A stretch of DNA of 64,000 nucleotides from Octopus vulgaris (taxonomy: Eukaryota). The DNA lies in assembly GCA_951406725.2 (NCBI GenBank), contig OX597819.1, positions 2,604,001-2,668,000 of the forward strand, read 5' to 3'. The position numbers and the translations under genes are program-made. Below the pieces are notes generated by a model. It was given only the letters and a program-made list of their open reading frames with translations, had not been told where the DNA came from and ran no database searches. Below, one piece after another: positions 1 to 14,400 of the stretch; within the stretch, counting starts at the first letter, position 1; each line of letters starts with the position of its first letter.

Positions 1-367
1 CCAGTGAAACACTGGGGTCAATGTAATTGACTAGTCCCCTCCCCAAAATTTCAGGCCTTGTGCCTATAGTAGAAAGGATTATTACTATTATTATTTGATG
101 AAAACTCTCCGCTTATTTTGCTCTGTGTGATGGAAAGTTCACAGCCAGCAGACTAAAGTGACACTTGTTTACTGATCATGCTTCAAAAACTGCGGAGAAC
201 TCTTGCAGTTCCAAGCAACAGTGAGTTTTGTAGGTATTCTATCTTTACATATTTCTACCAATCTTTTTGAACCATGCTGGTAGATGAGTGCTGATACTTC
301 AAAGCGCGCCAATTGCTACTGATATCACGCCCACTCTCCTCATTTCCTACAACATGCGTACTTTGCA

Positions 368-772
368 CGGATCTTTTCGGTTTGAACGGCAGTTTTTAAC
401 ATAATTTCTAGGCAACTAAAAAATTTTAAACTTCGTATACTGGTAGAATGTGTTTATAAAACATCTTTTTCTCTTGGCTTTATTGAGAAAATTCTATAGT
501 TTGTATGATATTTGTTTTTTTTTTCTTCAATTTCTGCAATTTCAACCAATCAATGACGTGTATTGAGGTTATAAACATTCTGTGCCGTATGAATATGTCC
601 CTCGTTTAAGAACCAGATTGGGTTTATTTACATTTGTGAAGAAAAAAAGATACCCTTTCCCCCACCCCTAACTCTAACCCTAAAATAGATTGAAATGCAA
701 TAGATCGATACTAGGGTCATAATTATGGGTGACAATTTCATATGACACCGCTAGAAAAAACTGCTGAAGATA
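368..772. mobile_element. MITE-like element with truncated right TIR
   Basis: Left end cggatcttttcggtttgaacggcagtttt; right remnant aaaaactgc; internal ccctaa repeats. Confidence 0.5.
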
Positions 773-1054
773 CGCAAAAGCAGAAATTTAATCTACTGCA
801 CCAAATGCCTGAATTGTGAAGAACTGTATATTAGCTAGACAGGCAATGCACTATCAGAACGCACACGTGTGCACCGACAACAAATTAAAAATCCAGAAGT
901 CTGCCAAATACCGTTGAGTAACCACCTAGCAACATGCGGTCGGAAAATATTTATATTTCCATTTCATAAACTATACAATCCGAATGAAATCGAGAGAAAA
1001 CTGAGAGAGAAGGACTTTATTAATAAATTCAAATCCAAGCTTAATAAACAATGA
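773..1054 (+). pseudogene. PLE GIY-YIG endonuclease C-terminal fragment
   Basis: SRNLIYCTKCLNCEELYIS*TG..LSERTRVHRQQI..PLSNHLATC..IFPF..RE..FINKFKSKLN; collinear with the endonuclease at 28240-28542. Confidence 0.8.
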
Positions 1055-1418
1055 TAAAAAATTATCTTATTTAAGGTTTAAAAGTCTTATCCTCATATCT
1101 AAAAAATAAAAATCTCTAAAAGGTACTGCTGTCATCATTTCTAAAAATAAACACTGAAAAACGGTATGGCATCATTTCTAAAAATAGGCGAGCAACTACT
1201 ACTTCTATCCACAGGAATGTATATAAAGGATAAAATTTAACCAGTCAACCACAGCTGTAACCAATGGCCACAACTGTCATCACAACCATATGAACCTGAA
1301 GACTGCATAAATGGAAGAAAGTTCAATATGAATGGACATTTAATATTTCATTTGTTCAATAAGAATAGACAATTAATACTCCATTTCATTTCTTTTTACT
1401 ATATTATTTTATATCCTA

Positions 1419-2437
1419 CTAGCAGTATCGCCCGGCGTTGCTCGGGTTTGTAAGGGAAATAACTATATAAGCATTTTTAGTGAGTTATAGCAAAAAATTA
1501 GCAAAAAAATGCATTAAAAATGGAATAAAAAATGATGGTGATTTTTTTTTTTAAATCGTTGACTCATCGTAGACATTTTTAGAGAGTTACTTCCCTTATA
1601 TAATAGCGAAAAATGCATTAAAATGGAATAAAAAATTATGGTAATTTTTTTTTTAAATCGTTGACTCATCGTAGACATTTTTAGAGAGTTACTTCCCTTA
1701 TATAATAGCGAAAAATGCATTAAAATGGAATAAAAAATGATGGTAATTTTTTTTTAAATCGTAGACTCATCGTAGACGCGCGCTAATACCCAGAAGGGCT
1801 CGATATGAATCACGACTATAAGATACCCGGTTTTGGTTACACTGCACCGCAAAATGTGGGAGTAGTTAGGAATCTAAATCGTAGGAGACAGACACACAAC
1901 CTTACTTTTATATATAAAGATTTGTGCAACAACTAAAACATTCGGTTGTGCAAATTGTTTGCACAGGAAACCTGCCCTGTGTGGCGGTAATTGCCGTTTT
2001 TGTGGATCTGTTTCAGCTTTTTTAGCGATTTCTGTTTTGGCGACTTCAAGCCATGAAGTCGTTGTTCTAAAAGAACGCTGGTCTCCTTGACAACGCATTA
2101 CGACGTTGATTTCCTTACACTCCCTTCCCCACAGCTTCACGAGGGAGGGAAGAAGGGGGAGAAGCAACACAGGTGCAGGTGTGAGCGTGGACGCCAACTC
2201 CGCCACCATCGACACACGAAAAAAATATGCATTAAAATGGAATAAAAAATGATGTTAAATTATTTTTTAAATCGTAAACTCATCGTAGACGCGCGCTAAT
2301 ACCCAGACGAGCTTGATATGAATCACGACTATAAGATACCCGAATTTGGTTAAACTGTACCGCAAAATGTGGGAGTAGTTAGGAATCTAAATCGAAGGGG
2401 ACAGACACTCACACAACTACAGTTTTATATATATAGA
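1419..2437 (-). mobile_element. Composite non-autonomous Helitron
   Basis: Minus strand A|TC...hairpin cccgagcaacgccggg-CTAG|T; second internal 5' end at 1920; three ~105-bp tandem units at ~1505-1780. Confidence 0.75.
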
Positions 2438-2530
2438 TATCAATATTATAAGATTATGAATAAAACGTGAAAAACAGAGTTGGAATTCCTTTGAGTAATA
2501 TATTCTTCTATACACAATCATACAAACCCC

Positions 2531-2596
<66 letters not shown>

Positions 2597-2743
2597 CGTG
2601 TGTGTGTGTGTGTGCGTGTGTGTGTGTGTATTAACGCTTGCTTTTACGTTATAATAAAAAGAAGTTTTCATTTTGACAGTGACTTAGAAGCCATTATTGG
2701 ACTGCATTTGTATACAACACACACACACTCATACACACACACA

Positions 2744-2842
<99 letters not shown>

Positions 2843-3845
2843 CATATATACGACGGGTTTCTTTCAGTTTCCGTCTACCAAATCCACTCACAAGGCTTTG
2901 GTCGGCCGAGAAAATAGTAGAAGACACTTGCCCAAGATACCACGCAGTGGGAATGAACCCGGAACCAAGTTGTTGGGAAGCAAGCTTCTTACAACATAGC
3001 CGCGCCTGCGCCTGTATATGGCTATATTTTTGATAACGGCTTGACTCATCTCCATATGACTCAAAGCTTCCTAAGCGCATAGGACAAGTCCATCTCCTCA
3101 GATGCTAGACGCAAAGTCTCGCCATCGAGTATCTCATGAGCTGGGCTAGTATTACATGCTCAGGAAAAGTTAAAAATCATCTAAAGCTATATCAAACTGT
3201 TATTAAACTATACGTAACTCCTACCAAATGTGTTGAATTCTACTTTCTTTCGTTTGTTCACTCACTCGTGTGTGTATATGTATTATACCAGTGACGACAA
3301 TACAATATTCATGATATTTTCAGTATCTGAAGAAGATTCAATTTAGAATTGATCTTTAAAAAATGTAGTCTCTTGTACTAGGAGAAGACCACGGATTTTA
3401 TTATTGACAAAATTGTATGGATGCTTTGCTGTTTCAACCCCATTAGACATACCTTATTAATATAATGGAACGCGGAAAGTAATTTTTTTTCTTTTTTATT
3501 TTATTTCAATCTTCAGTAATTTTGTTAAGACTTTTAGAGTATATTATAATCGTAAAATCAATATGAGATGTATAAATAGAAAGACGTTCGATATATTGCG
3601 GCTGAAAAGCACTAATAATATTTACCAAATCGTTGCGAATGAGCGATTGCTGTTTCTTGGAATACAAATGACTATAAAGCAATAATTTCATTCCCCTAGT
3701 TTGTAAATATTAAATTTGTATCTAGGCAACTAAAAAAATAGGCTTCCATTTGTATTGACGTGCAATATTATAAGATTAACGTTTAGCAGTTGACTCTAGC
3801 TAAAAATAGTGCTGCATATGTGTTTGTATGTATGTATTATGTATG

Positions 3846-4024
<179 letters not shown>

Positions 4025-4568
4025 GTTGAGTGTGTGTCACTATTGTAACTCGGCGAAAAATTTACAATAGTGATTCAACAACCGAAAGTTTCGTTCGTGT
4101 CACTTATGAAACTAACTTAAGAACCATAAATTCACTCATTAGATGGCAATGAATTGCAATAATTTCACGTAATGACTCATCAAAAATTATTATTGGAAGG
4201 TCACGTGATAATCAGTAAGTTTCAAAATCTGCTCGTTAGGTAAATTGAGAAAAGAAAATTAGAATAAACTACAAGTATACCTGTAAGAAATAAGCACAGG
4301 TATGCAAAGCAATATACGTAGGTATATAAACAAGATTTAAATACGCACATAGACATGTATTTAATTGTGCACACAAAAAATATAAGGTGGCTGTGTGGTA
4401 AGAAATTTGCTTGCCAACCACATGGTACCAGGTTCAGTCCCACTGCGGGTCACCTTGGGCAAATGTCTTCTACTATAGCCTCGGGCCGACCGAATCCTTT
4501 TGAGTAGACTTGGTAGATAGAAACTGAAAGAGACCCGTCGTATATATATGTGTGTGTGTGTGTGTGTA

Positions 4569-4620
<52 letters not shown>

Positions 4621-4914
4621 TTTGTGTATATTTCTCACCATCCACCGATTGTGTGTTTATGTCCCTGTAACTTAGCGAATCGAAAATAAGTACTGGTGTC
4701 GACTAGTTCGACTAAAATTCCTCAAGGTGGTGTCCTAGCATGGCTGCAGTCTAATGACTGAAACACGTAAAGAATAGAGAGTGGGGAGGGAGAGATAAAT
4801 GTATACACAAGAGTGGGTGCAGAAAATACTGGAGGATCAGTTGGTTATGATTTTCTTCAACATATTCCCCTCTATAACATGTACGTATGCATGAATTTAT
4901 GTATTACACACATA

Positions 4915-5005
<91 letters not shown>

Positions 5006-6245
5006 ATGTATGCATGTATGTTATTCAGTTTTATTTGATTTTTGATTTTGATTTTTCCAGTTTCAGCTAATGAGCTGTGGCCATGCTGGGGCACCGCCAT
5101 TATTTCTAGATTTCTTGCCAATGGAGAAGGGGCCAGTGTCTCCTAGATCCAAGGCTCCTTCATTGCAATATTTGTAGCCAGTGCATGAGCAGATTTGGGT
5201 TTTACTTTATGTGTGTATTCTCATGCATATAGTTGCATGTCTACGCATGCGCATATTTACTTAGATGTTAAATTTCGGGAAAGTCTTAGAGATTTTAACA
5301 GTTCCATTAATGGCTTGAATCTGTAATCCAATTGGCTTTCTCCTTTCTGGTTTGAGAAACTTAGGTAGTTTGTTACATATCCCAGTTCCCCAATAATTAC
5401 AGGTATAAACCCGAACTTGTAATCTGGGTAGAGTAGCTGTAAATTTCTCAATAATTCTGTGTAGGTGTTTTCTTTTCCGTTGCTCTTTATGTTGACATCC
5501 GCTGGTCAACTGATTTCCACTACTGTACAAAGATTCTGTTAATAGTATCCATTCATGATCTGTTGTCCCTTGTTTTATCTATTCCGCGTATCGAAGGTAA
5601 AGACAATACTCAATTTCGTTGAAACAGTCCTTCCCGCAAAGCAAATTAAATAAAATTTGGGATTTTTGCGGAGGGCAAAAGTGGTAACAAAAACAGGACT
5701 GTGAGAACAAAACAATAAAAACAAATGGTGAGGGCTGTTAAACCGAAATGATGTCAAGTGATGAATGCTGAAAAAAAGAGCTTTGAGAAGAGACATAAAA
5801 GCACGTCTTGTCTTTAGGAAAGAAGTGAAGAAAGAGAGAATGGCCGTTAGTCACATGAGAGAGAGGGAGAGAGAGGGAGACGGAAGGGGACAGGAGAAGA
5901 ATAGGGAAAGGCTGGGAGAGAAAAACAGAAAGAAGAAGAACAAGAGAGAGAGAGACAAATAGACAGAAAAGAGATAGAATAAGAGTGCGCATCGTAATTA
6001 TTAAGATAAAACTTACTTGGGAAAGGATGCGTGGTGTTCAGTCATATAATAGTATAAATGATATATAAATATATGCATGTATACATACATATATGCACAT
6101 ACCTACATATATACATGCATATATGGGTACAAGACATCAAAAAAATGTGGACAGAATGAGAAACGAGAATATAAAAAACAAAAACATAGAAAACGAACAA
6201 TTTTTCGAACAACGGAAAAAAACCACTCAGGAAAAATAGAAACGT

Positions 6246-6281
6246 CTTTTACGTTTCGAGCTTACGCTCGTCGACAGAAAG
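6246..6281 (-). ncRNA. Minimal hammerhead-like motif with A6U core
   Basis: Minus strand reads cttt-CTGTCGA-c-gagc-GTAA-gctc-GAAA-cg-TA-aaag. Confidence 0.6.
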
Positions 6282-6303
6282 AGGTGAATACACACACACG
6301 CAC

Positions 6304-6304
6304 G

Positions 6305-6336
<32 letters not shown>

Positions 6337-6730
6337 TGTATGTATGTATGTATGTATGTATGTATGTATGTATGTATGTATGTATGTGTATGTATGTATG
6401 TATGTATGTATGTATGTATGTATATGTATGTATGTATGTATGTATATGTATGCATTTATGTATTATGTATGTATGTGTGTGTATGTATGTATGTATGTAT
6501 GTATGTATGTATGTGTGTGTGTATGTATGCATGCATGTATGTATGTATGTATGTATGTATGTATGAATGTACGTACGTATGTATGTATGTATGTATGTAT
6601 GTGTGTATGTATGTATATGTATGTATGTATATGTATGTATGTATATGCATGTATGTATATGCATGTATGTATGTGTATGTATGTATGTATGTATGTATGT
6701 ATGTATGTATGTATGTATGTATGTATGTAG
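6304..6730. repeat. (ATGT)n microsatellite; others at 2533-2630, 2746-2850, 3848-4030, 10957-11230, 36045-36140, 57430-57582
   Basis: Directly visible simple repeats. Confidence 0.97.
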
Positions 6731-7984
6731 GCATGCTTCATATTATTTTGTCAGGAATTATTCGAAACTGCATGAATATAGATTCAAAGTTATAATGTAT
6801 CTGCTACTGAAATATTCATGAATCATTGTCAAAAGACAATCTTAAAAAGTATATTTAACGTTACAAGTTTTGATAAAAGCAAATCTGGTATCAAAAGACA
6901 GAAAATGAGGATAAAGCTAAATTCTAATGAAGCACGCGTTTTGACATGGTCCTTGAAGTGTTGCACTAATGGCGTACAACACTGAGTATTCGTATGTGCT
7001 TAAAAATCAATCTTGGAAAGATTGAATGTTAGTTCACCCATTAATACTGAAGTGGAGTAAATGCCCAGTTCTTAAAGGAAGTAAAACCAATATAGTTACA
7101 AATATATCAGGAAATTATGATGTACAGTTTCCTCAATGGTATACAATACTCTGTGCCAAGAAATACGAGCCAACATTGATTGCCTCGGTTATTTGATCGT
7201 TTTCAACCGTAGTAGGCCTAATTTGATCAAGCAAGATAAATGAATTGCCCTAAAGACAAGTTACTCATTATTGTTGGTTCTAGTAATTTATCAGACTAAA
7301 TATTAGCAATCATTAGATCTTAAATGCTAGAGTCGTAATTATCGTCGAATTTTTGTGAATATTTTTGTAATAAATTATAATAATCTCACTATATGAAGAG
7401 TTAATAACCGATTATATTAATAATGTTCTTCTATGCGTGTAGATCAGTACTGTGAGTACTGAACCATATGTTGCATCGTTATAGTGATATAAATGTAAAG
7501 ATAGTTATAATGTAAATTATTGCTATATGCTGAAGTAACAGAATGAGCAACACTTGAGAGACGTAGTGACCAAAGTTGACGTGATATCAGCTAACTCCTC
7601 GAAAAATCTTTAGATTGTATCATTGCTGTATCTATGACCAACATACTTCTTAGAATGACCCCGTTCACCTGAATGAAAACATATAAGCCATTGCAGTACC
7701 TGATTCTAGTAAGCTAACTACATAAGTGCAGGAACAAAATTTGCTTAGGGGGTACAAACTCAGGTCCAAACTCTTTTACAAATAAGGTCGATTTTTTTTT
7801 CAATCTTAATATCAAAACACACGCAGGTAGAATAATGGTCGACTTCAACGTTCATCCTTTCGAGGTTGATAAAATAAGTACCAGTTGAATACTGGAATCG
7901 ATATAATCGACTTCCCCTCCCCCGAAATTGATGGCCTTGTGCCAAAATTTGAAATCATTTTTTTCTTTTTATCACAGGTTTTTT

Positions 7985-8615
7985 CGGAACTCCTGGAGTC
8001 TTGCAAGCGTTGCGGGCTTGCTGCCTGCAGCCTACGGTACCATGCTGTCTGTTCTTTCAGCTAATACTTTCCTGATTATTGTGGCCGTGCCACAGAGGCA
8101 AACCTTTTGTAATACTTCGACTTGGCACTCCATTCCGATTTCCTTTATATTCCCCTTGATGCCTTCTGATACTGTCCCCAAGGAGTCAACAATAATTGGC
8201 ACCATCTTCACCTTCTTCATTCTCCATAACCGGTACTTAAGTGGATTCACCTTCCTTCTCGACTATTTGTGAGTACAAGAAGCATGCAACATCAACTATA
8301 TAGCACGTGGTGCATCTTGTTGACCAACACTAGATCCAGTCTGTTATACTCTAGCACCTGATCTGTTTGGATTGGGAAATTCCAAAGGATTTTGCAGGTC
8401 TCTGACTCCGCCACTCTCTGCAATTTGTGCTCATACCATGTCTTGCCTCTCTCTAGCCCCCACTTTTCACACAATTTCCAATGTAGCACTTTCGCTACCT
8501 GATCGTGTTGCCACAACTTGTAGTGGTTTGGGGCAATTCTAGGGCAATCGTTCGCGATATGGGCAATAGTTTCGTCCATCCCATTACAGATGCGGCACAG
8601 CGGAGACTATCGTTG
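7985..8615 (-). mobile_element. R4/Dong-like LINE 3' fragment (CCHC + restriction-like endonuclease)
   Basis: C..C...ETIAHIANDC..HDQVAK.LHW.LC..KILWNFPIQTD..NR.D.V, then VPIIV.SLG..LQK..L.GTA.I.RKVL. Confidence 0.85.
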
Positions 8616-8617
8616 TT

Positions 8618-9180
8618 GTTGAGTGAGAGAGCAGTGCATGCCATTAAAGTGACCCTGGGATAAAATATACAAAGCCCAGTATACCCATCATGGCAACCCC
8701 TCTGATAAGGGTACACCAGACACATGCATCACAACCATATGTGCGCTACATGGTGATCTCATATCAAGATAAACAGCAAATGACCTTGCAGGTGGGGCCC
8801 AGTTAGAATTTTCTTTTGGTCAAGTAGTTCATCTTGATCCAGAGGTCCCTGAATAAGGATTGTTTAAGGATGTTGAACGAACCACACCTATGTTTTCAGA
8901 GGTGAATTATTCAAACCCCAAAGGATCCCTCTCAACACACGTCTATGATGCTCCACCACTGCTTCTACTTGTGATCAGAAATGCACATAACCTCAGCCAC
9001 TAAGGGACATGCTCAACTGGTTAAGGTCAAATAACTGACAAGCAAATCTGTGGTATTGAACAGAATATTTGCTGTAGACCATCTTTTATACCAAGACAAA
9101 ACTATGTACATGATAACACTTCCAATCAGTTAAGATCAGAAGCCATGAGAACCACTGCCTGGTACTGCATCAGGGCATTT
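8618..9180. repeat. Unclassified ~560-bp interspersed repeat (second copy 56613-57093)
   Basis: Two collinear, highly similar copies starting ttgagtgagagagcagtgcatgcc, both next to trinucleotide tracts. Confidence 0.8.
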
Positions 9181-10267
9181 ATTAATATTATTATTATTAT
9201 TATTATTATTATTTCATAATCATCTTCTTTCAATCCTGTTTCCATTCCTTGCCGAGTGTCTTCCTGGCACCGAGCGCAGAGAAACGCTCTGTATACATTT
9301 GCAGGCCATTGATATAAACACACCAGATTGTTCATTTACAAAGTCATGTAATAGAGAAAATAGAGAAGAAAGACAGAGAGAAATATGCCAAACTGTCTTT
9401 TTGTATATTAGGGTCAACATTCTCTAATCTGTCCTTCCTTTTTCAGATGGTGAGGTGTGATTTAAGACAGATATGGCTCCTGTTTCTAGCAGATCGAGCG
9501 AGCATACTGAGGTTTTCTTGTTTGGGTGTGGTTATTTTAGTTATTGTTTAGACCAAGAACGGGCAAACCTTTTTTTCCAGATGCGGGCCGCATGAGACAC
9601 GACTCATCCTCAGACGGATCGTACTACTAAAAAAACAAAAACTCAAGATAATTTTTTTATTAAGCATGCCATCCAGAAAGGCCCACGGGCCGCAGTTTCC
9701 CCTTGGCCGATTTAGACCTGGTTAGCCCTGATCGAGCGGTCCTACGAGAAAAGGCTTCCCACCGTAACCATCCTGTCTTTTCGCTTATCAAATATCTCAC
9801 TGTTCAATATGTCCTCTTTTTTTTCAAGATCATTGGATATGTGGTTTGTAGAAGGTTTGGCTGTTGTTTTTAGCAGTTGGACGCGAACATAGAAAAGGCT
9901 CACTCACGTTAGATCGTGGCTCGTTGATTTAGATCGATCAAGCATCTTATTTTACGAATTAATACAGAAGTATATGTGAGCTTATGGCAGACTGATAGGT
10001 GAAAGGTGGTGAAAAGGTACAGCAATAGAGGCATACAGCAATTAATGACAAAAAAATAGACAAACAGAACCATACACATCAGAGAGGTAGATATCGCTAG
10101 TTAAAAAGGCATCTAAAGATAAATAGCAAGAGGATTAGATGGAGATAAAAACAAATGAAACAGAAAAGTTGCCAACATGTAACATTATCAACTTTTCACA
10201 CGGCGCTACATATGTATGTGTACCATTCTGTGCGTGTATGTGTGTATTTTTCTGTGTATGTTTGTGA

Positions 10268-10341
<74 letters not shown>

Positions 10342-10449
10342 TGTAATTGCATCACTCAATTGTATCAGCCCTCCTTCCTCTTTCCTTATGGAGTAGGAGA
10401 ATATATGTGTAGATATGTGTGTGAGTATGTATGTATGTCTCTTCTATTT

Positions 10450-10955
10450 TTTAATCTTTATAAATCTTCCACTGAGGAGGGAACCGGTTTCCAACAAAGA
10501 TACAAGGTTCCATCCTTGATGTAGTTAACACAGAGAAATTCACATTTGGAACTTGAGAAAAGTTTTGCATGTCTTTACTGTTCCACTGACAGATTGCACT
10601 TGTAATGTACAAATTAGTCGGCTGATTTCTCATTCTGAAAATCCCAGTTTATCCAGATTCTCCTTTAAGCATTTTACTAACAAAACCTATTGCTCCAAAT
10701 ATTATTGGTATGAATATGAATTCATAGTCTGAATATAGAAGCTGGAGGTTTCGAAGCAGTTGTCCATAGATTTTCAAAGAGATATTTATATCTGCAGGAC
10801 AGCTGACCTCTGTGATGGTACATACCTTTGCCCCTCTGTCCCAAACGACAATATCCGGCCTGTCTATGTTTACGTTTGACAGAAGTTTTGAAGGGAATAT
10901 TCCACCAGTATTCCTTGAGTTTGTGTTTATGAGTGTATTCCATAACAGAGATTTT
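10450..10955 (-). mobile_element. R4-like LINE 3' fragment (related pieces at ~100-350, 5110-5540, 44935-45030)
   Basis: RPDIVVWD..CTITEVSCP..YGQLLRNLQLLY.DY.F.FIPII.GA.G. Confidence 0.75.
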
Positions 10956-11374
10956 CTGTATGTATGTATGTACGTACGTATGTATGTATGTATGTATGTA
11001 TGTATGTATGTATGTATGTATGTATGTATGTATGTATGTATGTATGTATGTATGTACGTATGCATGTATGCATGTATGTATGTATGTATGTATGCATGTA
11101 TGTATGTATGTATGTATGTATGTATGTACGTATGCATGTATGTATGTATGTGTGTGTGTAAGTATGCTTGCATGCATGCATGCATGTATGTGTGTATGTA
11201 TGTTTTTATGTGTATGTACGTATGTGTATAACTATGATTTCTCTACGAATGAAACATAACAAGTTCTGTAAGAGTCACCATTAAAGATGTGTGTATGTTC
11301 TGCGTTTATTTTGTGTGTGTGCGTGCATACGTGTGTACAGCTTTTCTTTCGAAAACTACACTCACACTCACATG

Positions 11375-11446
<72 letters not shown>

Positions 11447-11510
11447 GTTCGAGAGAAGCTGTTCCCTAATTACAAACACATACACACACATAGTTATATA
11501 GTGATATACA

Positions 11511-11880
11511 TAGGGTGTCGAGCAAAACTTGACGATTTTTTTATGTCGCCTTTTTTTTAAATTCAGGAGCAGTTTCATGTACTGGTGAACAGTCAACGGC
11601 GTTAGAGAGCATAAAAATTAAAGGTGTAGTTGAGAAAAAGTTAGCTGCTATGGAGGGCTGGAAGCCATCTGAATATTGGAAAGGAGTTACCAGCATCATG
11701 ATGATTCGCGCCGGGTATCAAAATGCCGACATCTTGGTGATATTCAATGCTCTGCTGTGCACACTGTAAGGACTGTAAGACGTGACATGAACAGCTGCAA
11801 TGGAGACTACGATGCTGTGGCCAGCAGGAAAGGACCCAGCAGGTGTTCTGACTGCGTCCGCACGCCAGGGTTCAAACCCA
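11511..11880 (+). mobile_element. 5' fragment of a Tc1/mariner-superfamily element
   Basis: TIR-like start agggtgtc after a TA-rich tract; HTH-like N-terminus (..TVRTVRR..RK...SD.VRTP). Confidence 0.45.
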
Positions 11881-13869
11881 TATCTTTGAATTGAGCTTAG
11901 GTTTAATTCAAACGGCTATTTAAGCTGTTGGCGACTGGTCAAACCCTCATTGAATAGGATTGCTGCAGAAAGGTCGCAATCCCAATATTTCTTATTTTTA
12001 AAGGTGTGAACACATTCGCCTTCTGGTGTGCTTTTGATATGGCCATCAAAACAATCCTTTGTGGACATAACATTGTAAATGGTTTTAACAACAATTCATA
12101 GGAAGGTAGTACTTTCTAGACACTTCTGGACAGCTGCTGGTGATGTGAATGATATCTCCCCCGTTGCTGTGGCACAATCAATATTTTCACAATATTAATA
12201 TTGTGATAGAGGAGGTTTAAAAGCATCTTTAACTCTCTTGTTCATCGGGTATTTAGTAGGTACTCTTGGTTCAGTATAGCAAAGGCGTAACCCTGTGATA
12301 TGTAAAGAAGCTAGCACGGGTTCAGAGGAGGCTACTCTTTCTGTTTCTCTAGTTCAGTAGAACCTATCGTAGGGAGGAGCTATACTTTCAATATTCCTGT
12401 TCATGAATTCTTCACTTAATTGCTTGATGTTCAGTGGCAGACTTACAGTTTTGAGGTCCAGAAGCATGAACTAATATGGGACCTTCTTAAAAATCAATGA
12501 CAATTGGGCAACATCCAACAAGGTCTGAAAGACCTTGTTGCCCATGTAAGGATCTTGAAGCTCAAAGAGTGGAAAACAATCATTGGATGAAGGTCTTTGA
12601 AAATGGGATCGTGAAGTGAGACCCTTCTTTCTATTAACGAGCTCTGAATAAGCAGTTACCATATTCAATGTGTTTGTTCCATGACATAAAATAGCCAATT
12701 TATTTATTTTTTATTAACCAGAGCATCTCAGATTTTGATTTAAATTGTACTGCAGTTATCTCACATATCTAAATCACTAACGCAAATAAAAATGACCTAT
12801 ACTTTATAGCATTTTAGTTATGAGAGGACTGAAATTAAAGGTCTTTTATACATGCTTCATACATTGCAGACTGGTGAAATAAACATAGTAAGGACTAGAG
12901 TTAATATAATCTTCTATTTCAAATACCTATAGGAATATATATTATAGGAACACGATTTTACAAAATATTCTTTTTTTCTCTCTTCTTCTAGCAACATATT
13001 TACGCAAATGTCATATGAAAGCTTCCCTGAAATGTTATTTTCTAGAGACAATATGGATAAAGAGTTAGTTCTTTTCAGTCATAGTAGACCGAAATTTATT
13101 CTTTACAAAGGATAGCTTTATGAAATTCCTCTCTGCTTCATAGTTTATGAGAGGCGTTGTCGAGTACAGGTTAAGTGACCTAGTAATGTTGGGAAAAACT
13201 TCAAGTAGGTGTTACTCACAAATAATTAAAGGATTTCTGCGCATTGTATCGTGGATGACGTGTTTTCTTCCTGTTCTGGGATTTTCTAAAGTGCAAATAT
13301 TCTCTGAACTGATAAATATTCATTGACTAATTTGAGGTCACTATCCTCTTTGTAATATGATATTATAATTCCTAATCAATTTCAGAAACATTCATACGGG
13401 CCAGTTCTCTTAACTAATTAGATAACCAAGCAAATTTGAAATTGGTTTAGAATTTCACTTCTGCTATCGGTTCTTCTCAAAGAATCGCTACGACTTGTTC
13501 CATTTGAAAATTTGCCACAATGCATTTGGATGCAACACAATGATAAACCGTTTAGTTCTGAGTGGTAGTCCCATCTCAAATTTTCTTGGAGTTCTTTAGT
13601 AAACGAGATTTAAAATGACATCAGAAGATAACGCTCTTCAAAAACATCAAAACACGGAGTTTGGAGTTTCTTGTTTTGCTGAAACATTCCAAAATCGCAA
13701 ATACCAGATTTATCTATTGGTGATATAAATTCTTTGCATCTCGCTTACTTTCAGAGTTCTCTGGGTTTTGAACAACATATGTAAGAGTTTGTAAAAAAAC
13801 TCTTGTATCCGTTATTAATTACTCTAACTGCTTCAATATGTGAAGCCTATTCAAAAATTTAGGTTACCC

Positions 13870-14400
13870 TGTAAGTTCAGTAAAACCTTCGACAGAGTCG
13901 ACCACAATATCTTCCAGTTAAAATTATCCAATATCGGAATCCGTGGTGAACTGCTCTGTGGTAAAACAACATGCAGCTACGCGAGATAAAATTTGAATTT
14001 AGGCACTTTTGAAAAAAGAATGCACTCAAACAACCTTATTCTCTTGTTTCAGGGGAACTACTCACAACATCCAATAATGTCAAGGACTTGGGAGTAACTG
14101 TTGACAACTTCGGCAGTGCTGCTCACACCAACAATAAAGTCGATACGGTTTGCAGTATAAGTTCCTAGATTCTCAAAACTTTCCGGTCCAGAGAACAAGC
14201 TGTCGTCATTCCCCTTTTCCCCTTTGTATGGCCACACCTAGAATGTTATCCCCACATCAAACAAAACATTACGAGATCTGAGTTACCTCAGAGAGCAATC
14301 ACTAAAATGAAATTATAAAAGGCATGACTAATCTTGATTATTGGGAACGACTTGAAGCCTTGATACTTTATTCTCATCGTCTCGATCAAAAATGTCAGCA
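13870..14400 (+). mobile_element. CR1-clade LINE RT fragments
   Basis: FSKTFDRVDHNI..KL..IGIRG.LL; KDLGVTVD; PHLE; YWERL..L.LYS. Confidence 0.7.

Noticed and set aside
1291-1325. CTGAAGA...GAAA as a hammerhead behind the 773-1054 endonuclease fragment
   Set aside because: No convincing stem II, stem III or NUH site can be built; at best a relic
11950-13800. Possible degraded LINE coding sequence on the minus strand
   Set aside because: Composition is suggestive but motifs are too decayed to assign by eye
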